Of a stretch of 64,000 nucleotides of DNA, positions 58,153 to 64,000 are shown piece by piece (position 1 is the stretch's first letter; the number at the start of each line of letters is the position of its first letter). This DNA is from Hymenobacter sp. (lineage in GTDB: Bacteria; Bacteroidota; Bacteroidia; Cytophagales; Hymenobacteraceae): assembly GCA_025353905.1 (NCBI GenBank), contig JANXNW010000268.1, positions 15,251 through 79,250 on the forward strand, in the 5' to 3' direction. The position numbers and the translations under genes were made by a program. Below the pieces are notes generated by a model. The model worked only from the letters and a program-made list of their open reading frames with translations. It was not told where the DNA came from and did not search any database.

Positions 58153-58773
58153 TTGATAACCGCGCACGGGCTGGGCCGCCGCTACGGCCGCCAGTGGATA
58201 TTCCGGGGGTTGAGCCACGCTTTTGCGCCGGGCACGGCCACGGCTATTCTGGGGCCGAACGGCTCGGGTAAGAGCACACTGCTCGCTATTCTGGCCGGGC
58301 AATTATTGCCGACTGAGGGCGAAATAGCTTACAAGCTGAGCGGCCGGGCGCTGCCCGTGGCCGACGTACCCCGGCAGCTGGCGTTTTGCGCGCCGTACCT
58401 GGAATTGCCGGAGGACTTTAAGCTGCTTGAATTGCTGGATTTTCACGTTCGCTTGCGGCCGCTGCGGGCGGGGCTGACGGCGGCCGGGTTGGTGGATATC
58501 TTGTATTTGCAAAAAGCGCGGCACCAGACAATCCGCACGTTTTCGTCGGGCATGAAACAGCGGCTCAAGCTTGGGCTGGCGCTCTACGCGGCGGCCCCGC
58601 TGCTGCTGCTCGACGAACCGACCACCAACCTCGACGCGCAGGGCGTGGCCTGGTACGAGCAGCATTTGGCCGAAGCCCGCGGGCCGGGCCGCACGGTCAT
58701 TATTTCGAGCAACGTGCCGGCCGAGTACGCTACGTGCGAGGCCGCGGTGCGAATTACCGACTTTCAGCAATAG
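58153..58773 (+). CDS. ABC transporter ATP-binding protein (CcmA-like)
   Basis: GPNGSGKST, FSSGMKQRLKL, LLLDEPTTNLD. Confidence 0.92.
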   Translation: MITAHGLGRRYGRQWIFRGLSHAFAPGTATAILGPNGSGKSTLLAILAGQLLPTEGEIAYKLSGRALPVADVPRQLAFCAPYLELPEDFKLLELLDFHVRLRPLRAGLTAAGLVDILYLQKARHQTIRTFSSGMKQRLKLGLALYAAAPLLLLDEPTTNLDAQGVAWYEQHLAEARGPGRTVIISSNVPAEYATCEAAVRITDFQQ

Positions 58774-58817
58774 GCTGGTCGGCGCGCGTATTTTTGGGTG
58801 AACTTACCCGCTTGCTT

Positions 58818-59406
58818 ATGGCTGCCCAGCCTCGATTAAAATTCGCCGCCATAACGCCGGAAGCGTGCCTGAACGCTGAGCGCACCGCCGAGTTCAAGAG
58901 CGAATACTACCAGGGCCGGGTGTACGCGATGGCCGGGGCCAGCGACGCGCACAACCTGGTTAATCTGAACGCAGGCACCGCCCTCAACAACGCCCTGGCC
59001 GAGCGCGACTGCACGGTGCGCGTTAATGATATGCGCCTGCAAGTGCGCGAGAACGGCCTTTACACGTACCCCGATTTATCGGTCGTCTGCGGACCGCCGA
59101 AATTCGCGCCCGACAAATTCCTGGACACGCTGCTCAACCCCATCGTGCTGGGCGAGGTCAGCTCCAGAAATACGGGCGGGCTACGACCGGGCCGACAATT
59201 TCATGCGGTACGTGGACATCCCGACCCTGCGCCACTACCTGCTGCTGGAAAGCAACCGGCCGCTTGTGCGCCTGGCCACTTGGCGTGAGCCAAAAGTGTG
59301 GGCGTTTGATACATTTGAAGGACTAACAGCAGTCATACCCTTACCGGCCATTGGCGTAGAGTTGGCCCTGGCCGATATTTACCGCAAAGTGCCGCTCGCC
59401 GACTGA
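58818..59406 (+). pseudogene. Uma2/DUF820 family endonuclease, frameshifted
   Basis: 5' frame KSEYYQGRVYAMAGAS..H...YTYPDLSVVCG...NPIVLGEV and 3' frame AGYDR..NF.RY..IPTLRHYLLL. One extra G near 59175 splits the frames. Confidence 0.8.
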
Positions 59407-59494
59407 GCCGCCCCAACCTCGTTTCGGCCGCGCCCGTATCTTCGCTCCGCGACTCAAAACCCGTTTTACTCAACCCACGCTGCCCTTTTCCGCC

Positions 59495-59857
59495 ATGCGA
59501 CAGTACGACAACCTCGACGACGACGACACCGACGACCTGAAGGACGACGAGAGCTTCGATAAATTCGCCAGCACCGGCGGGGCCACCACCCGCGGTCCCG
59601 TCGAAGACCAGCTCTCAGCCAAATACGCCGACTACCTGATGTGGCGCGACACCGGCTCGTCGCACGACGAGGCCCTCGACCTGGCCTCGCTCACGGAAGA
59701 GCAGTACACGACGGCCGCTGCCGCCGAAGACCCCGACCTGGCCAGCGGCCTCGCCCCGCTCGATGAAGACGAGGACGGCCTCGACGATGAGGACGAAGAC
59801 GACTTCGGCGGCAGCTCGCGCAGCCGCGGCCGGGGCGAGGATGACTTCGATTATTAG
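59495..59857 (+). CDS. Highly acidic hypothetical protein
   Basis: D/E-rich termini around a short helical core (KYADYLMWRD.G.SHDEALDLASLTEEQY). Confidence 0.8.
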   Translation: MRQYDNLDDDDTDDLKDDESFDKFASTGGATTRGPVEDQLSAKYADYLMWRDTGSSHDEALDLASLTEEQYTTAAAAEDPDLASGLAPLDEDEDGLDDEDEDDFGGSSRSRGRGEDDFDY

Positions 59858-59951
59858 TTGTCAGTTGCTGGTTGTCAGTTGCTAGTTGTCAGTTGTCAGT
59901 TGTCAGTCATGACTTCGTTCATCACGACTGACAACTGACGACTGACAACTA
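59855..59951. repeat. Inverted heptamer array (cagttgt/actgaca) between convergent genes
   Basis: Seven or more ttgtcag-like units, then ctgacaactgacgactgacaacta. Overlaps both stop codons. Confidence 0.9.
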
Positions 59952-60749
59952 CTTGCCAAACACGCGCTTGAGCAGGGCTGACCCTTGCGCGGCGGGGTTC
60001 TGGCGAATTTTTGCTTCCTGCTGGGCCAGCAGCACAAACAGTCCACTTACGGTCTGCTTGGTCACGTAGTCGGTGAGGTCGGCGCTGGCCGGGGTCATGA
60101 GCGGAATGCGGTTGTACTGGGCGATGAGCTTGCCGTAGGTGGCGTTGGCGCCTACCTGGTCGAGGCTCTGCACGATGCTGGGCTTGAGGGCGGTGGCGAG
60201 GGCTGCTTCGGCGTTGCGGCGCAACAACTGGGTGGCCGCATCCTTCTGCGAGGAGGTGGCCAGCGTCAGCGCGTCGGTGATGGTGAGCTTTTGCAGGGCG
60301 TCGAGGAAGATGGCCTTGGCTTGGGGCGCGGCGGCTTCGGCGGCGCGGTTGAGCAGGTTGGTGCTCTGCTCGACCAGAATTTTACCGCCTGGCAGCGCGC
60401 CCACCGTCGTGGCGACGAGCGCGGCATCCGGCGGCAGCGGAATGTGGATGTCGTCGTTGAGGTTAAACCCGTCGGGCTCGGAAGCAAACGCGATGGCCTT
60501 GGTGATGCCCGTGGTGAGCGCCTCACGCAGGCCCGAGCTGGCCTCGTCGGCGGTGAGCGGCACGACGGGCGCGGCCGGCGGAGCCACGACGGCGGCAGGT
60601 TTGGCGGCGGCTTTGGCTTTGGCAGCAGCAGCTTTAGCGGCGGCGGCTTTGCTGGCGGCGGTAGCTTTGGCGGTCGGCTTTTTAGTTTGGGCCAGGGCGG
60701 GCGCGGCGCTGCACGTGGCCAAAGCCAGCAGCAAAAGGAGGTTTTTCAT
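59949..60749 (-). CDS. DUF4197 domain protein
   Basis: GLREALTTG, DGF, LNRAAEAA, IF.DAL..LTITDAL, DAATQ, LTDYVT, GLF...EAKIRQNP...LLKRVFG. Confidence 0.9.
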   Translation of the reverse strand: MKNLLLLLALATCSAAPALAQTKKPTAKATAASKAAAAKAAAAKAKAAAKPAAVVAPPAAPVVPLTADEASSGLREALTTGITKAIAFASEPDGFNLNDDIHIPLPPDAALVATTVGALPGGKILVEQSTNLLNRAAEAAAPQAKAIFLDALQKLTITDALTLATSSQKDAATQLLRRNAEAALATALKPSIVQSLDQVGANATYGKLIAQYNRIPLMTPASADLTDYVTKQTVSGLFVLLAQQEAKIRQNPAAQGSALLKRVFGK

Positions 60750-60926
60750 TTCAGGAAAATATAAAAACGGAATGACAACCCAGTAGCCGACGCGGCATTT
60801 GGGCAAAAGCTGGTGCAAAGGTCGGGCGCGCCAGCCCAACTGTATTGCTTGTTATTTTCTCCCAAATTCCGGTCATTGCGAGCAAGCGATAAGCAACAAA
60901 CAATAAACATAAAGCAACAATAAAGA

Positions 60927-62174
60927 ATGGACGTTGAAATCATGACCATCGGCGACGAGCTGCTCTACGGGCAGGTTGTGGATACCAATTCGGCCTTCAT
61001 GGGCCAGCAGCTCGGCCGCCTCGGCCTGCGGGTGCGCCAGATTACGAGCGTTTCGGATAGGGCCGACGAGCTGGTGGCCGCCCTCGACCAGGCCCGCGCC
61101 CGCGTCCGGGTTATTCTGATGACCGGCGGGCTGGGCCCCACTAAAGACGACCTGACCAAGCACGTGCTGGCCCGCTACCTGGGCCGCGCGCTGGAGCTGC
61201 ACCCGCCGACGCTGGCCCATGTAGAGGAGATTTTTCGGCGCTTCAACCGGCCCATGCTCGACGTGAACCGCCAGCAGGCGCTCGTGCCAGCCGGTTGCCA
61301 GGTGCTGCCCAACGCCGTGGGCACCGCGCCCGGCATGTGGCTCGAAGACGGCGAAACGGTGTTTATTTCGCTGCCCGGCGTGCCCTTCGAGATGAAAAAG
61401 CTGATGAGTGACGAGGTACTGCCCCGCCTGCAAACCAAGTTCAAACTCGCCCCTATCGAGCACGTCGTTATCATGACGGCTGGCCTGGGCGAGAGCTTTT
61501 TGGCCGAGAAAATTCAGGACTGGGAAGCGGCCCTGCCGGCCAACATCAAGCTCGCCTATTTGCCCAGCCTGGGCAGCGTCCGCCTGCGCCTGACCGGCGC
61601 GCCCGACGGCCTCCCCGAGCTGCGCCCCCGGATGCTGGCCCTGCTACCCGAGCTGCGCGCGCGCATTGGCTCCTACATTTTCGCCGAAGAAGACACGCCG
61701 CTCGAAGTGGTGCTGGGCCGGCTTTTGCTTGAAAAAAACTACCACCTCGGCACGGCCGAAAGCTGCACCGGCGGGGCCGTGGCTCAGCGCCTGACCAGCG
61801 TACCCGGCTGCTCGGCGTATTTCCGGGGCAGCATCGTGGCCTACGACAACGACCTGAAAATGAGCCTGCTCGGCGTGCAAGCCGACACCCTGGCCGCGCA
61901 CGGAGCCGTGAGCGAAGCCACGGTGCGCGAGATGGCCGAGGGCGCCCGCGCCCGCCTGGGCTGCGAGGTGGCCCTGGCCACGAGCGGCATCGCCGGCCCC
62001 GGCGGCGGCACCCCGGACAAGCCCGTCGGCACGACGTGCATCGCCGTGAGCACCCCGGCCGGCACCGTAAGCAAGCTTTTTGTTGTGGACCGCGGCCGCG
62101 CCACCAACATCGAGTACACTTCGCAAGTGGTGCTACAGCAGCTCTGGCAGCAGCTCAAAGGGGCAGCAGAATAG
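60927..62174 (+). CDS. cinA: Competence/damage-inducible protein CinA (NMN deamidase fusion)
   Basis: IGDELLYGQVVDTNS, TGGLGPTKDDLT, GTAPG, LPGVP, TAESCTGG, GAVSE, SGIAGPGGG. Confidence 0.95.
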   Translation: MDVEIMTIGDELLYGQVVDTNSAFMGQQLGRLGLRVRQITSVSDRADELVAALDQARARVRVILMTGGLGPTKDDLTKHVLARYLGRALELHPPTLAHVEEIFRRFNRPMLDVNRQQALVPAGCQVLPNAVGTAPGMWLEDGETVFISLPGVPFEMKKLMSDEVLPRLQTKFKLAPIEHVVIMTAGLGESFLAEKIQDWEAALPANIKLAYLPSLGSVRLRLTGAPDGLPELRPRMLALLPELRARIGSYIFAEEDTPLEVVLGRLLLEKNYHLGTAESCTGGAVAQRLTSVPGCSAYFRGSIVAYDNDLKMSLLGVQADTLAAHGAVSEATVREMAEGARARLGCEVALATSGIAGPGGGTPDKPVGTTCIAVSTPAGTVSKLFVVDRGRATNIEYTSQVVLQQLWQQLKGAAE

Positions 62175-62307
62175 CGCAGGCTGAGCGCGGGCAATTCCGC
62201 CTATATGCCCCTTTTCACAAGCGAAAAAACTTTCCGGCCCTGAAAACCCTCCGAGGAGCGGCTCCGTTGAAGGCGGGTTTTTAACCCATTTTTTTCGTGC
62301 TTTTCCT

Positions 62308-62985
62308 ATGAAAAAGGCTTTTTTATTCGGGGCCGTGGCCCTGGCATCAACTGTATTTGGTGCGCCGCGCGCGCAGGCGCAAAGCCTCCGCTTCGGCATC
62401 AAGGGCGGAGCCAGTCTCTCTAATCTGGCCGGCAACCTCGCCAACCAGGACCGGTACAAGAACCGCTTTGGCTTTCACGGTGGGGCGCTGCTCAACATCG
62501 GTTTAATGGACGATGACTTCCTGGCTATTCAGCCCGAGGTACTGTATTCGCAGAAAGGCTTCAACTACCAGGGCGGCAGCCTGACGCTGGGCAACACGAC
62601 CTTCGCCACGACGGGCGGTGTTCGCTACGACTACATCGACGTGCCCGTGCTGTTGCGCCTCAAAACCAACGGCGTATTCTTCGAGCTGGGCCCGCAGTAC
62701 AGCTACCTGCTGCAAGTGAGCAGCGACCGCGCCTTCACCCAGAATGGGCAGGTCGTGACCGGCTCGCAGGCGCAAGTAACCAACCTCGACAACGTGCGCC
62801 GCAACGAGCTGGGCTACGCCGCCGGCCTGGGCTACCAGTCGAGCGCCGGCCCGATGCTGGGCTTGCGCTACAACGGGGCTTTCACCGACTTCGCCCGCGA
62901 CGGCTACAGCGACAACGAGTTTCGCAACGCCCGCAACTCGGTATTCCAGCTATACGTGGGCTACGTGCTGGGTGGCAGCAAGTAA
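62308..62985 (+). CDS. Outer-membrane beta-barrel (porin family, OMP_b-brl_2)
   Basis: Signal peptide, FGIKGG, GFHGG, IQPEVLYSQKG, YIDVPVLL, GPQYSYL, RNSVFQLYVGY. Confidence 0.9.
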   Translation: MKKAFLFGAVALASTVFGAPRAQAQSLRFGIKGGASLSNLAGNLANQDRYKNRFGFHGGALLNIGLMDDDFLAIQPEVLYSQKGFNYQGGSLTLGNTTFATTGGVRYDYIDVPVLLRLKTNGVFFELGPQYSYLLQVSSDRAFTQNGQVVTGSQAQVTNLDNVRRNELGYAAGLGYQSSAGPMLGLRYNGAFTDFARDGYSDNEFRNARNSVFQLYVGYVLGGSK

Positions 62986-63004
62986 TCGCCTGACTTACGC
63001 CTAA

Positions 63005-63044
63005 AAACAAGGGGCTGTTCTCAGGCACGAGAGCAGCCCCTTGT
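63005..63044. terminator. Hairpin terminator after the porin gene
   Basis: aacaaggggctgttctc-loop-gagagcagccccttgtt. Confidence 0.7.
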
Positions 63045-63425
63045 TGTTGAGTTTTGCCTCTGGGCGGCTCCGGCCAGCGCGGCCTTTTCAGAATGGGCCT
63101 CCGGGATGTTGGTCCCCAAAGGATGGAGGAGCTGGTGCTGATGCTCTCGCTCGAAAACTCTGCCACCGGCCTCCTTTTAGCGCGCTGCGCGCTGGATGCC
63201 GTGCACCCCCTGATTGATGCGGCCCACGAGCTGGCCACGTTTTTGGCGAGGTGCCGGTGCGTCAGTTTCTGCCGCAGGGCCAGTTTCAGCCGTTGCAAAT
63301 GGAATGTGGAAAGGCCGTTGTTGCCCGTGCTGCTTACGCCAGCATACTAATTGACGGGCTTGCGGAGTTGAGGAGAAGCCCGCCAGGGCATTATTCAGTT
63401 CTCACCTCTCTTTCCGCTTTCTGCT

Positions 63426-63725
63426 ATGCCCGCTCGCATTCTTCTGGTAGCCTGTTTTTTTGGCCTGTTGCTCAGCGCCTTGCCCCGCGCTCACGCTACT
63501 ACGGCCACCGCTACCGCAGCAGCTTTCGCCGCGCGCAAATGGCGCCCGAACATCAATAATTTCGTGCCCATCTACACCAATTACCGCTACCACAGCCGCG
63601 AGCGACGCGGGTTTTTCAAGTTCCTGCGCTTCCGGCACCGTCAGCCGGGCGTACGTCATCGCGGCACGACGACGCAGCGCAGCAGCGGGCATTCGTCGCG
63701 CAAGCACGTACTGGGTTTATTCTAG
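63426..63725 (+). CDS. Small Arg-rich protein with signal-peptide-like N-terminus
   Basis: MPARILLVACFFGLLLSALPRAHA followed by a basic, aromatic mature region. Confidence 0.55.
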   Translation: MPARILLVACFFGLLLSALPRAHATTATATAAAFAARKWRPNINNFVPIYTNYRYHSRERRGFFKFLRFRHRQPGVRHRGTTTQRSSGHSSRKHVLGLF

Positions 63726-63759
63726 GAAGCCGTTAGAATTGATGGTTACTGCTTAAATC

Positions 63760-63862
63760 AGACATGAGACGTTAGACATGAGACTCCGAAATACCAGTCT
63801 CATGTCTCATGTCTCACTTCCCAACGTCTCAAGTCCCAATGACTCAAGTCCAAATGACTCAA
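63760..63862. repeat. agacatg heptamer element (second copy) plus ctcaagt/aatgact repeats
   Basis: agacatg agacgtt agacatg agact-[ccgaaatacc]-agtct catgtct catgtct. Confidence 0.88.
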
Positions 63863-64000
63863 ACAGCAAGTGAGTCTGCCTGACTTTGAGTTTCCTGCTT
63901 CAAACGCCCCCGTCCGGCCCCGCCGGTGCGGGGGCGTTTTCGTCTCTGCCTACCTTTGCCCGCGCAATTCTCTCCCACCCCGTTTCGCTTACCCCCGACC

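Noticed and set aside
59855-59951. Repeat arrays as a possible CRISPR array
   Set aside because: The units are 7-14 bp in tandem, with no 25-45 bp unique spacers between identical direct repeats, and there are no cas genes.
62882-63400. ORFs 62882-63298(-), 63054-63350(+) and 63251-63559(+)
   Set aside because: No recognisable motifs, atypical codon usage, and overlap with the terminator or neighbouring genes. They could be a decayed remnant but I cannot support that.
1-64000. tRNA, rRNA, transposase, integrase or prophage genes
   Set aside because: No cloverleaf, rRNA-like or transposase/integrase motifs were recognised by eye. tRNAscan-SE and Infernal were not run.

Overview
GC-rich Bacteroidota chromosomal DNA, most consistent with a Hymenobacter-like member of Cytophagales. 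This is inferred from TAnnTTTG -7 promoter motifs, an lpxC-fabZ fusion, a DAHP synthase-chorismate mutase fusion and the folB-divIVA-WD40 synteny. There are about 50 CDSs, mostly housekeeping or envelope genes: folB, divIVA, a GntR/ABC operon, a TonB receptor, an acyl-CoA carboxylase, mlaD, an amidase, lptD, hscA, sbcDC, a surface-polysaccharide cluster, aro genes, dbpA, lpxD-lpxC/fabZ-lpxA and cinA. I saw no rRNA, tRNA, CRISPR array or transposase. The most notable items are: (1) a coupled two-gene module pairing a phage-type JAB/MPN-like protein with an N-terminally extended HigA and no HigB, a candidate new toxin-antitoxin or defence system; (2) many small palindromic elements (REP-like and 7/8/9-mer inverted tandem arrays), some translated in frame inside proteins such as HscA, some supplying stop codons, and one pair showing spacer inversion; (3) a stand-alone RelA/SpoT-type HD hydrolase inside the aro operon; (4) several candidate operators and a recurring ECF-type promoter. 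All calls come from motif recognition by eye. No database searches were run.
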